A stretch of 62,088 bases of DNA. Source: a virus. Its lineage: Duplodnaviria > Caudoviricetes. This document shows positions 19,934 through 28,577 of this stretch, in pieces. The notes beneath the pieces were generated by a model, which was not told the origin of the DNA, made no database searches, and saw only the letters and a program-made list of their open reading frames with translations. The stretch spans positions 1 to 62,088 of IMG/VR virus record IMGVR_UViG_3300046007_006509; one strand, written 5' to 3'. The position numbers were made by a program, and so were the translations under genes. Within the stretch, counting starts at the first letter, position 1, and each line of letters starts with the position of its first letter.

Positions 19934-20080
19934 ATGAACTACACACTGGTTACTCCCCAAGGTCGTATCTACACTTTCTACATTGAAGCAACCGCCCTGT
20001 GCTACCAACAAGCATACGGCGGTGTTGTTTTTTCGCAACAGATTTTGGAAGTTGAAAATGTCGAAGATTCCGTACAATAA
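19934..20080 (+). CDS. 48-aa early protein (absent from the ORF track)
   Basis: AAGGA RBS; MNYTLVTPQGRIYTFYIEATALCYQQAYGGVVFSQQILEVENVEDSVQ directly after promoter 1. Confidence 0.65.
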   Translation: MNYTLVTPQGRIYTFYIEATALCYQQAYGGVVFSQQILEVENVEDSVQ

Positions 20081-20339
20081 AGAACTAAAGTGTAAAGATT
20101 GTAAAAACGCCAAAGCTACCTGGTTTAGCCGTCTTACTCGGGCCAGTCACTTTTTTGAGTGTACTATTCCCGAATCTTGGAATGAAGAAAAGTACGATCC
20201 TGTATTTGGTAAGACTACCCCTGGCTTCAATAGTTCATGTAATGTCATGCGCGGATCCTATAGTGCATGTGGTCCCGACGCTAAAAAGTGGGTTCCCCGT
20301 TCTAGCAAACTAATATTCCTAGCATTGAAAAACGGTTGA
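20058..20339 (+). CDS. Cys-rich early hypothetical protein
   Basis: MSKIPYNKELKCKDC...C...C...CGPDAKKW. Confidence 0.6.
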   Translation: MSKIPYNKELKCKDCKNAKATWFSRLTRASHFFECTIPESWNEEKYDPVFGKTTPGFNSSCNVMRGSYSACGPDAKKWVPRSSKLIFLALKNG

Positions 20340-20364
20340 CAATAAATGGATTTGGGCATATAAT
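20336..20364 (+). promoter_or_regulatory. early sigma70 promoter cassette 2
   Basis: TTGACA-17-TATAAT perfect consensus. Confidence 0.9.
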
Positions 20365-20397
20365 AGAGACTTAGACAGTTAGATAACGGAGCAAAAA

Positions 20398-20667
20398 ATG
20401 CGTACTAAGCGATACATCACTGGTCTTGACAATAGCCGTAAAATCCGTGTGATTTGCAATGGCGTTGGTTTCTATACCACTGTTAAGGGTGCATTTGATA
20501 TGGCATTCCATGACCAGCGAGTTGCAGTAACTAGTGCTTTGGTTTCGCTTGGCTGTGACCAACTTCTGCCTGAAGGCAAGCGTCCTACAGGGTTCGGTAC
20601 TCGGATGAAGGTGTACAATGGTCAAGGCGAACAGGTTTATGTTGATGTTCAAGTAGATTTGGTGTAA
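20398..20667 (+). CDS. early hypothetical protein
   Basis: GGAG RBS in the repeated leader. Confidence 0.7.
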   Translation: MRTKRYITGLDNSRKIRVICNGVGFYTTVKGAFDMAFHDQRVAVTSALVSLGCDQLLPEGKRPTGFGTRMKVYNGQGEQVYVDVQVDLV

Positions 20668-20668
20668 T

Positions 20669-21010
20669 ATGGTACATTCATTAGATGTTTTGGCTGAGCG
20701 GGTAGTCCGTGACGGCCGAGTAGCGGTATTAGTATCGCCGGGTTTCGGAGCAGGTTGGTCTACTTGGGCTGACCGTGAATTGCGTGAGCGCCTGCTGTTC
20801 GACCCTGAGGTAGTTGCTTGGGTAGAAGGTGGCAAGGAAGGCCCACTGCCGGACCTTGAAGCCAAGTATGGTGATGCCTATTTTTATGATGGTGGCGCCA
20901 GTGACCTTATGATAGAGTGGGTACCGGTCGGAGCAAAGTTCCGCATACATGAGTATGACGGATCAGAATCACTGGTCCGTGAATCTGAAGAAGAATGGTT
21001 CGTGGCTTGA
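20669..21010 (+). CDS. early hypothetical protein
   Basis: VAVLVSPGFGAGWSTW..FRIHEYDGSES, a recurrent phage small-protein pattern. Confidence 0.75.
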   Translation: MVHSLDVLAERVVRDGRVAVLVSPGFGAGWSTWADRELRERLLFDPEVVAWVEGGKEGPLPDLEAKYGDAYFYDGGASDLMIEWVPVGAKFRIHEYDGSESLVRESEEEWFVA

Positions 21011-21035
21011 CAATAAATGGATAAGGCTATATAAT
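21007..21035 (+). promoter_or_regulatory. early sigma70 promoter cassette 3
   Basis: TTGACA-17-TATAAT. Confidence 0.9.
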
Positions 21036-21065
21036 AGAGTCTTATTCAGTCACAAGGAGATCCTG

Positions 21066-21278
21066 ATGGGATATCGTGTTTTGGGTCGTACCGAGGATGT
21101 GATGCGTGGCTATGGTCCTCGTAAGGGTCTTGAGGGTCCGTTTGCATTTGTCGGCGGTCGTGTGTTGTACTATGATCCGAAGGAAGGCAAGTACTACGAT
21201 CCGACTACCGACTTCTATGTTGAGCAGGAAGAAATGGACCTGCTGAATCGTGATTTGGTTAAGTTTTTTTCCCGTTAA
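21066..21278 (+). CDS. early protein with OCRE-like YYDP repeats
   Basis: AAGGAG RBS; LYYDPKEGKYYDPTTDFY. Confidence 0.7.
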   Translation: MGYRVLGRTEDVMRGYGPRKGLEGPFAFVGGRVLYYDPKEGKYYDPTTDFYVEQEEMDLLNRDLVKFFSR

Positions 21279-21292
21279 AAGGTTGACAATAA

Positions 21293-21466
21293 ATGTCTAA
21301 GATGAGCGAAATTTCCCTTGAAATTCAGGACCTACTGGTCGAGGGAGTGCATCCTACTAAAATTGCAAAAATCCTGCAAGTGCCCTTGGCTTGGGTGTAT
21401 GATACCCTGGAAATGATGGAATCTGAGTCCGAACAATACGATCCTTATAATACAGTCAATTCTTAA
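21293..21466 (+). CDS. 57-aa HTH-like early protein (absent from the ORF track)
   Basis: MSKMSEISLEIQDLLVEGVHPTKIAKILQVPLAWVYDTLEMMESESEQYDPYNTVNS fills the gap between promoter repeats. Confidence 0.6.
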   Translation: MSKMSEISLEIQDLLVEGVHPTKIAKILQVPLAWVYDTLEMMESESEQYDPYNTVNS

Positions 21467-21469
21467 AGG

Positions 21470-21498
21470 TTGACAATAAATGGGTTTTAGTCTATAAT
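21470..21498 (+). promoter_or_regulatory. early sigma70 promoter cassette 4
   Basis: TTGACA-17-TATAAT. Confidence 0.9.
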
Positions 21499-21533
21499 AG
21501 AGGCTTAGACAGTTAGATAACGGAGCAAACGAA

Positions 21534-21854
21534 ATGGCCAAAATTCTCATCTCTACCCAAGTTTACGAAAACTATGGTGCCCATGATTGGGACGGTCAAG
21601 GCGAGTGCCCCCAGTACTGGAAAGCTAAGGGCGGTAATGAGTATGTTATTAAGAATTTTAAGGGTAATGACCGCAATGCTACCGAACTCACGATGGTAGC
21701 AAGTGCCCAAATTGAGCAGGATGACCAGTACTTCCGTGAACATATCATCGATTTTCGAATTGTCGCGGATGACTACCTCACCCAGTTTGAGAAGGACCAA
21801 CTGGAATACGAAGGCCGCATTTATTATCCTGCTAAGGAAATTGTGTTGGCATGA
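21534..21854 (+). CDS. early hypothetical protein
   Basis: TQVYENYGAHDWDG..PQYWKAKGG; GGAG RBS. Confidence 0.75.
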   Translation: MAKILISTQVYENYGAHDWDGQGECPQYWKAKGGNEYVIKNFKGNDRNATELTMVASAQIEQDDQYFREHIIDFRIVADDYLTQFEKDQLEYEGRIYYPAKEIVLA

Positions 21855-21856
21855 GG

Positions 21857-21885
21857 TTGACAATAAATGGATTTGGGTATATAAT
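21857..21885 (+). promoter_or_regulatory. early sigma70 promoter cassette 5
   Basis: TTGACA-17-TATAAT. Confidence 0.9.
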
Positions 21886-21918
21886 ACATACATAGACAGT
21901 TAAGACACAGGAGCAAAT

Positions 21919-22941
21919 ATGTCAACAATTCGCATTCTTTCTGGTTCATATCGCAATCAAGCGGTCCGCAATGAAGTTTTTACCCTTGTCAAGGGTTTTC
22001 AAACTGGTAAAAAAGGTAACTATGTTACTGTTAAAAATGACGGCCAGTTTGATATTGATATTGAAGTTGTCAAGGTAAAGGTTCCTAATATGCAGGCTAT
22101 TGAGTTTTTGAACGGTGCACCGATTGTTGCACAAGTGTCCGAACCTGTCGCTGAGGTCGTTACTGAGACTGATGACGAGGCTATGGACCGTATCGCTACT
22201 CGGTTCGGCATTCTTGATGAAATGTCTAAGGCATGTATCAATGGTGATATCCGTGCAATGATTGTGACTGGCCCTCCCGGTGTCGGCAAGAGTTTCGGTG
22301 TTACTCGGCAAATGGAAAAGGCTACTCTGTTTGATCAGGTTGCAGGCAAGCGTTTGCGTTTTGAGATTGTCAAGGGTACTATGTCTGCTATCGGCTTGTT
22401 CGCATTGCTCTACAAGTACTCCGATGCTAAGAATGTGTTGGTCTTTGACGATTGCGATATCTGGGAAGATCAGGATGCTGTGAACATTCTGAAGGGTGCT
22501 TTGGATAGTGGCAAGACCCGTCGTATCAGTTACAACAAGGATAGCCGACTGTTGCGTGAAGAAGGTGTTCCTAACACTTTCGATTTTCACGGTTCGATAA
22601 TCTTTATCACTAACAAGACCTTCGACAACAAGCGAGCCACTAAGATTCAGCCGCACTTGGATGCATTGCAATCTCGCAGTCACTTCTTGGATCTGACTAT
22701 CAACACCGAGCGTGACAAGATGCTCCGTATCAAGCAAGTGCATCGTGATGCTGACCCCGGATTGTTTGTTGATTATGGTTTCGACAAGGCTCAAGAAGAA
22801 ATGGTTCTTGACTTCATGTGGGACAATCACAACAAGTTGCGTGAAGTGTCCTTGCGTATGACTCTCAAGATTGCCGATCTTGTCAAGATCAGCCCGAACA
22901 ACTGGCGCGAACTTGCTAAGGCAACTTGCATGAAGGCTTAA
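21919..22941 (+). CDS. AAA+ ATPase (early)
   Basis: Walker A GPPGVGKS, Walker B VLVFDD, IIFITN sensor 1, ALQSR arginine finger. Confidence 0.88.
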   Translation: MSTIRILSGSYRNQAVRNEVFTLVKGFQTGKKGNYVTVKNDGQFDIDIEVVKVKVPNMQAIEFLNGAPIVAQVSEPVAEVVTETDDEAMDRIATRFGILDEMSKACINGDIRAMIVTGPPGVGKSFGVTRQMEKATLFDQVAGKRLRFEIVKGTMSAIGLFALLYKYSDAKNVLVFDDCDIWEDQDAVNILKGALDSGKTRRISYNKDSRLLREEGVPNTFDFHGSIIFITNKTFDNKRATKIQPHLDALQSRSHFLDLTINTERDKMLRIKQVHRDADPGLFVDYGFDKAQEEMVLDFMWDNHNKLREVSLRMTLKIADLVKISPNNWRELAKATCMKA

Positions 22942-22943
22942 AT

Positions 22944-22965
22944 AAAAGGGACTTGTGTCCCTTTT
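22944..22965 (+). terminator. rho-independent terminator
   Basis: aaaagggac-ttgt-gtccctttt. Confidence 0.85.
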
Positions 22966-23023
22966 ACTTTGTAATTTTAATTTATTACTATATAATAAGA
23001 GGACTCAAAGGTCCTCTTACCAT

Positions 23024-23662
23024 ATGAAAAAAAATACTTTATTCAGTTTTGACACTTACAATTTTGAATGTGATAACCAATTAGTTGATATAGTTTACAA
23101 TGAAATTGTTACCCTTGACAAAAACAAACAGATTTTTTGGAACCACAATGGTTCTAATCCATCACTTGAATCATATAATGGTTATTTAAACCCTGAAACT
23201 ACAAAGTGCTTTTATAATAAAGAACTTTTAGATTGGGTTACAGAGTGCTTCAATAAAGTCAGCCAAGAGAAATACAAACAAAATTTATCTGTAGTTGATA
23301 GTTGGGTCACGAAAACAAAGTTTTTAGCTGGATCAGGCTGGCATGACCATACTATGTCAATTCTAAGTGGGGTGCTTTATTTTGACGATTCAAGTCCAAT
23401 TGAATTCAAGTATACTGATCCATATCATATTCATACTGGACTTTTTAGACATCCCGATTTTCTTAAAGCTAGCGATATTACTACAAAAGTAAATCCAACT
23501 AAAGGTAACTTTATGATATTTCCTAGTCATCTTGCACATAGGATCACACCAAATAAAAATAAATCTGATAGGTATTCACTAGCATTTAATACATTTTTTA
23601 CAGGTGAACTTTCTAATTTTAGAACTACTCGTTTGGCTTTAACTACTAAAGAACTTGAATAA
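23024..23662 (+). CDS. 2OG-Fe(II) oxygenase-like protein (TIGR02466-like)
   Basis: SW..HDH..LSGVLY..IFPSHLAH..RYSLAFN. Confidence 0.82.
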   Translation: MKKNTLFSFDTYNFECDNQLVDIVYNEIVTLDKNKQIFWNHNGSNPSLESYNGYLNPETTKCFYNKELLDWVTECFNKVSQEKYKQNLSVVDSWVTKTKFLAGSGWHDHTMSILSGVLYFDDSSPIEFKYTDPYHIHTGLFRHPDFLKASDITTKVNPTKGNFMIFPSHLAHRITPNKNKSDRYSLAFNTFFTGELSNFRTTRLALTTKELE

Positions 23663-23665
23663 GAT

Positions 23666-24310
23666 ATGAAACAAATTAACTTATTTGACATAAACCTATT
23701 TGAATTTCAGTGTGATAATAAATTAACAAAGTTTGTATATGATGAAATCATCCAATTAGATAGGAATCAACAAATATTTTGGAATAAAACTCGCGGAGAT
23801 AATCCAGGAAATGCAGGATATCTCAACAAAGAAACCTCTAAATTTTATTATAATAAAGAATTGTATAATTGGTTTGACACTTGTATTGAAAGCGTAAGTA
23901 CATCTGTACTTAAAAGAAAACAAGTTATTTGTGATACTTGGATTACCAAACATCAATTTTTAGAATATTCAGATTTTCATAAACATAGTTTTTCTGTGCT
24001 TAGTGGAGTTTTTTATTTTAACGACGGCAGTCCTATTGAATTTCAAATGCAACATCCGTGGTTAAGCAATTTGAAATTCTTTTATCCTGACGATACCACT
24101 GTATTAAAATCATCCTACACTCCTAGTGCAGGAAAATTAATTTTATTTCCTAGTGATATACAACATAAAGTAAGCGTAAACAAAACTAAAGAACCTAGAT
24201 ATTCTTTAGTTTTTAATACTTTTTTCGATGGTCTGATTTCCTCTCATCATACAGGTAAGTTAAATTTAAGTACAGCACCTGTGAAAAACTTTTCAGAAAA
24301 TACTATTTAA
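23666..24310 (+). CDS. 2OG-Fe(II) oxygenase-like protein (TIGR02466-like), tandem paralog
   Basis: TW..HKH..LSGVFY..LFPSDIQH..RYSLVFN. Confidence 0.82.
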   Translation: MKQINLFDINLFEFQCDNKLTKFVYDEIIQLDRNQQIFWNKTRGDNPGNAGYLNKETSKFYYNKELYNWFDTCIESVSTSVLKRKQVICDTWITKHQFLEYSDFHKHSFSVLSGVFYFNDGSPIEFQMQHPWLSNLKFFYPDDTTVLKSSYTPSAGKLILFPSDIQHKVSVNKTKEPRYSLVFNTFFDGLISSHHTGKLNLSTAPVKNFSENTI

Positions 24311-25332
24311 TGAATGTCTTACACATAAAATGCAATGAACATCTTTTGTATTTCATGCAATGTGGGATGATGAGGTTAAGTGCTTATGACCTTAAATTCA
24401 TTCAAAATTTGCAAACAATAATTGCATCGGCAAATAAAATTACCTCAAATCAAGTAGCTCTTTTTGATAAATTGGTTTTGAAATATGGCAGACAATTTTT
24501 AAAACATAAAATTTCTCCAGAGCATATTTCTACTTTACAGTGGAACACTCCTATGGTGATGAGTGATCCGAAATTTACTGAAGCCTATATTTGCATTGAA
24601 AACGATATAATAAAATTTCGTTCACCATTTTCTAAAAAATTTGTTGATGCTATGAGAAATAATAAACATCATAGTTTTAAATGGATTAAGGATACTAAGA
24701 ATTATCAAACAAATTTTAATGCAAACTCCTTTAAGGTCATTGTTGATTTAGCACATGAACATTATGAAAGACTTAATTTTTGTCCTATTACAAAAGAATT
24801 ACTACTTGATTTAATTGAAAAGTACGGAGAGGTAAAGTATTGGGCACCTACACTAGTCAAAATTAACAATCAGTACATGATTGCCGCAATAAATAATCAT
24901 GTCAATTCTGCTATTGAAAATATTACATTATCGGATGATCCTTTTTGCTTATCTACATTATCTGTATATGGTGTGGATATATGCGATTCAATAATTCAAA
25001 ATAATAAACTGTTAAAATTCTCGGGTACCTATGCACCTGAGGTAGACATTCACACTGAAGATATTGTATCATACTTAAAAGCAATAGAATGTGATGCAGT
25101 ATTTTTTGCAGGAAAGAGTTTTTTAAATAAAGCGGCTATTTATCCGCAACTACTTCAAAAACTCAATGACGAGAAAATTATCTATCACGTTAAGTTTGAT
25201 CCAAGTCAACATGAACTTGTAAAAAAATATAACAGACCTGTGCTGATTAACTTTGCCTACAATTTCTCGCCGGGGGCCCATTTTCTTAAGATAATTAAAG
25301 TAAAAAATTCGATTGAAGTTAATATTAAATGA
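24310..25332 (+). CDS. hypothetical protein upstream of uvsW
   Basis: 340-aa ORF coupled to uvsW. Confidence 0.65.
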   Translation: MNVLHIKCNEHLLYFMQCGMMRLSAYDLKFIQNLQTIIASANKITSNQVALFDKLVLKYGRQFLKHKISPEHISTLQWNTPMVMSDPKFTEAYICIENDIIKFRSPFSKKFVDAMRNNKHHSFKWIKDTKNYQTNFNANSFKVIVDLAHEHYERLNFCPITKELLLDLIEKYGEVKYWAPTLVKINNQYMIAAINNHVNSAIENITLSDDPFCLSTLSVYGVDICDSIIQNNKLLKFSGTYAPEVDIHTEDIVSYLKAIECDAVFFAGKSFLNKAAIYPQLLQKLNDEKIIYHVKFDPSQHELVKKYNRPVLINFAYNFSPGAHFLKIIKVKNSIEVNIK

Positions 25333-26786
25333 AACAATGTAAATTAGTCATCAAAGATGAGGTTAATGTAAAACTAGAAGGGTTAGAATTAGCCGATCGT
25401 AAAACATTAATGAAAATGTTTGAGTATGAAAAGCCGGGGGCAAGATATCTACCTTCGGTACGATTGGGCAGATGGAATGGTAAGATAAGTTATTTTAGTT
25501 TAGGCGGATCAACATATGTAAATTTGTTACCTGAAATATTACCGCTATTAGATCAAGCTGGATATGATATTGAATTGGATGATCAACGCACATATCGCAC
25601 TACTTTTAGTTTCACTCAAGTGTCCGAAAATACTTTTTCTAACTTTACATGGCCAAAAGGTCATCCAAGATCAGGCGAACCTATTATTTTGCGTGACTAT
25701 CAAGTGCAAGTAATTAATGACTTCTTAGCTAATCCACAATCAATACAAGAAGTTGCAACTGGCGCAGGTAAAACAATTACTACAGCGGCGCTAAGTTATA
25801 GTGTGCAAGAGTATGGTCGCAGTATTATTATTGTTCCTAACAAAAGTCTAGTTACACAAACAGAAGAAGATTACAAAAATGTAGGATTGGATGTAGGTGT
25901 ATACTTTGGTGACAGAAAAGAATGGGGTAAGACACATACAATTTGTACTTGGCAAAGTCTTAATAATTTACTTAAAGACACACAATCAAAAACAGCAGAG
26001 TTTACCATTCAAGAATTCATCGAAGATGTTGTTTGTGTTATGGTTGATGAAGTACATATGGCGAAAGCAGATGCACTTAAAACATTACTAACAGGGGTGT
26101 TTAGTCATGTGCCCATTCGCTGGGGTCTTACTGGCACGATACCTAAAGAAAAGTATAATGCACAGGCGTTGTATATAAGTTTAGGAAATGTAATTGGCAA
26201 ATTGTCTGCAAGTGAATTACAGGATAAGGGTGTACTTGCTCAATGTCACGTCAATATTGTTCAGCTACAAGATAATGTAGAATTTACAAATTATCAAAGT
26301 GAGCTTAAACATTTGTTAGAGGATACAAACAGGTTAGATAAAGTTGCAGAATTAATTACAAAAATAAAAGAATCGGGAAACACACTTATACTAGTTGATA
26401 GAGTTGCAGCAGGTCGAGAATTAGTTAGTAGAATAAAAGATGCTGTATTTGTAAGTGGTGAAACCAAATTAACTGAGCGTAAGGAAGAATATGATGAAAT
26501 TGCGACATCTACTAACAAGGTTATTGTGGCGACTTATGGTGTGGCCGCTGTGGGTATTAATATTCCTAGGATTTTTAATCTGGTTCTTCTGGAACCCGGA
26601 AAGAGCTTTGTTAGGGTTATACAATCAATTGGGCGAGGTATTAGAAAAGCTGAGGACAAAGAGTTCGTACAAATCTGGGACATAACTAGCAGTTGCAAAT
26701 TCGCCAAACGACATTTAACCCAAAGAAAATCGTTTTATAAGGAAGCAAACTATCCATTTGACTTGGAAAAAATGACTTACCGATGA
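25329..26786 (+). CDS. uvsW: SF2 DNA helicase UvsW
   Basis: LRDYQ, ATGAGKT, DEVH, GLTGT, GINIP, QSIGRGIR. Confidence 0.93.
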   Translation: MKQCKLVIKDEVNVKLEGLELADRKTLMKMFEYEKPGARYLPSVRLGRWNGKISYFSLGGSTYVNLLPEILPLLDQAGYDIELDDQRTYRTTFSFTQVSENTFSNFTWPKGHPRSGEPIILRDYQVQVINDFLANPQSIQEVATGAGKTITTAALSYSVQEYGRSIIIVPNKSLVTQTEEDYKNVGLDVGVYFGDRKEWGKTHTICTWQSLNNLLKDTQSKTAEFTIQEFIEDVVCVMVDEVHMAKADALKTLLTGVFSHVPIRWGLTGTIPKEKYNAQALYISLGNVIGKLSASELQDKGVLAQCHVNIVQLQDNVEFTNYQSELKHLLEDTNRLDKVAELITKIKESGNTLILVDRVAAGRELVSRIKDAVFVSGETKLTERKEEYDEIATSTNKVIVATYGVAAVGINIPRIFNLVLLEPGKSFVRVIQSIGRGIRKAEDKEFVQIWDITSSCKFAKRHLTQRKSFYKEANYPFDLEKMTYR

Positions 26787-26798
26787 TATAATATACAT

Positions 26799-27299
26799 AT
26801 GAGAATTCTTACACTCGACAATCGTTTTTACAATCTGGAAACATTACCAGATGAGATAGATGACCTGCGCTTTGCGATACTAGACAATAGTAATCCAGCT
26901 AATGTTGACTATCATTACATACCACTAATATTTTTAGAATCATTTAGTTCTCCTGCTCTTGTATTGAAAATAGGAGATACTAAAATTAAAATGCCAGTAG
27001 ACTGGCAAATACTTATTGGCGAAAAAGATCATGGCGATCTTGAAACATTACCACTAACAAGTGTGAATGACAGAGGTTTTAGCGCATTTGAGTTTAACCC
27101 ACTCAGTAGTTTTAGTCCAAGTTTTTTACCAATTGAAATTGTAGATATCTACCATGATGTAACATGGTATGCTCCTAGATTAAAGAATGGTCAATTTTTA
27201 TGTGTTCCCATTGACGATGGTCCTGAACCCAGATGTGTTTACTTTGTTAAAGAGATTAGTAGAAACTGTGAGATTGTGGATTACAGTCAGGCGTTTTAA
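26799..27299 (+). CDS. hypothetical protein with a degenerate Hint (intein-like) fold pattern
   Basis: Pattern similarity to intein blocks A, B and F by eye; extended -10 TGaTATAAT at 26784-26792. Confidence 0.55.
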   Translation: MRILTLDNRFYNLETLPDEIDDLRFAILDNSNPANVDYHYIPLIFLESFSSPALVLKIGDTKIKMPVDWQILIGEKDHGDLETLPLTSVNDRGFSAFEFNPLSSFSPSFLPIEIVDIYHDVTWYAPRLKNGQFLCVPIDDGPEPRCVYFVKEISRNCEIVDYSQAF

Positions 27300-27892
27300 T
27301 GGCAACTAAAAAATCAGTACCCAAAGAAGAAAAGTTTGAAAAACAAGATATTGACTTGTTTGAAGTTCTTGCCGCTTTAGATAAAAAAGATTATGGGTAT
27401 TATGATAGATTGACTGAAGATCAGAAACGCAAGTTTGTGCCATTCATGCTAACACATTGGATGAGTGCAATCAAGGCTAATGAGGGTTTATCAAGATATT
27501 ATGTGATGAGTACCAACGAATATGCAAACAAATATTTGTTTAATGAGTTTATTGGCAAGCACCCGAAGTTACAATGGTTGATGTTGTGTAGTTCAAGTCC
27601 AGGTTTAGGTAAGCAATTTCATCAATGGATACCTCACATTAGAGATAAAGTGACAAAATTCAAAGAAAATGCTACAATTAAAGAAATCAAAGAATACTAT
27701 GCAAAGATTTATCCAAAAGCAGATGATTCTTCTTTGCAAGAAATAGCAAAAACTTTTGTCGAAGAACAAAAAAGAAAAATGTACTTGGCAAAAGTTTATC
27801 CCAATATGAAAATAACTGATATAGAAGCGTTAAATCAAATTGTTACAGATAAAGATATTGAGCAATATGAAAAAGACAGAGGTAACATCTAA
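27299..27892 (+). CDS. clamp-loader small subunit (T4 gp62-like)
   Basis: KFVPFMLTHWMS..NE..HPKLQW..KQFHQWI resembles gp62-type proteins. Confidence 0.55.
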   Translation: MATKKSVPKEEKFEKQDIDLFEVLAALDKKDYGYYDRLTEDQKRKFVPFMLTHWMSAIKANEGLSRYYVMSTNEYANKYLFNEFIGKHPKLQWLMLCSSSPGLGKQFHQWIPHIRDKVTKFKENATIKEIKEYYAKIYPKADDSSLQEIAKTFVEEQKRKMYLAKVYPNMKITDIEALNQIVTDKDIEQYEKDRGNI

Positions 27893-28568
27893 AGGTTCTT
27901 TTGGATGTGAGTTTTGTGGCCGCAGTTTTATTCGTGAGTCAACAGTACTCAAACATATCTGCGAGTATAAACATCGATGGCTTGAAAAAGATAGACCAAG
28001 TAACCGTATAGGTTTTCAGGCTTGGATTCAATTTTACAAAAAGAATTCTGCAAGTAAAAAGAATAAGACTTACGAAGAATTTATTAAATCCCAATACTAT
28101 GCTGCCTTCATTAAATTTGGTATGTATTGCGTAGATGCAAATGTTATTAATGTTTCTAGGTATGCAGACTGGCTTGTAAAAAATCAAATTAAAATTGATA
28201 CATGGAACACAGATACAAACTACACAAAATTTCTAGTAGAATATTTGCGAGTTGAAGATCCATTGGATGCAATTCATAGAAGTATTGAAACTTGTGTCGA
28301 GTTAACAATAGATCAAAGCATATTATCAAAGGATGTTTTAAGGTACGCAAATAAAAACCGTGTTTGTTTTCAAATCACAAAAGGTAAAATCAGCCCATGG
28401 ATGCTATATCATAGTGAAAGCGGTTTAGAATTTCTTGCAAGTATCGATAGCACTCAACAAAAAATGATTATGGATTATATTAATCCTGAACAATGGGCAA
28501 TCAAATTTAAACGCAACTCAGATTCTGTAACACAAGTTAAAGAAATTTTATCAACCGCAGGCTATTAA
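27867..28568 (+). CDS. zinc-finger-containing hypothetical protein
   Basis: CEFCGRSF..LKHIC (C2H-C finger) at the N-terminus. Confidence 0.65.
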   Translation: MKKTEVTSKGSFGCEFCGRSFIRESTVLKHICEYKHRWLEKDRPSNRIGFQAWIQFYKKNSASKKNKTYEEFIKSQYYAAFIKFGMYCVDANVINVSRYADWLVKNQIKIDTWNTDTNYTKFLVEYLRVEDPLDAIHRSIETCVELTIDQSILSKDVLRYANKNRVCFQITKGKISPWMLYHSESGLEFLASIDSTQQKMIMDYINPEQWAIKFKRNSDSVTQVKEILSTAGY

Positions 28569-28577
28569 GGAGCAGCC

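Noticed and set aside
19884-21885. CRISPR array suggested by recurring TTGACAATAAATG repeats
   Set aside because: Spacing is irregular (about 190-670 bp), the intervals are protein-coding, and the repeat is a sigma70 promoter; no cas genes
20371-21903. Minus-strand and alternative-frame ORFs in the early region (20371-20865, 21332-21550, 21513-21893, 21703-21903)
   Set aside because: They run across or against the promoter-RBS-ORF cassettes, which already explain the sequence
21946-22830. 294-aa antisense ORF
   Set aside because: Shadow of the codon-biased AAA ATPase on the opposite strand; no RBS, promoter or motifs
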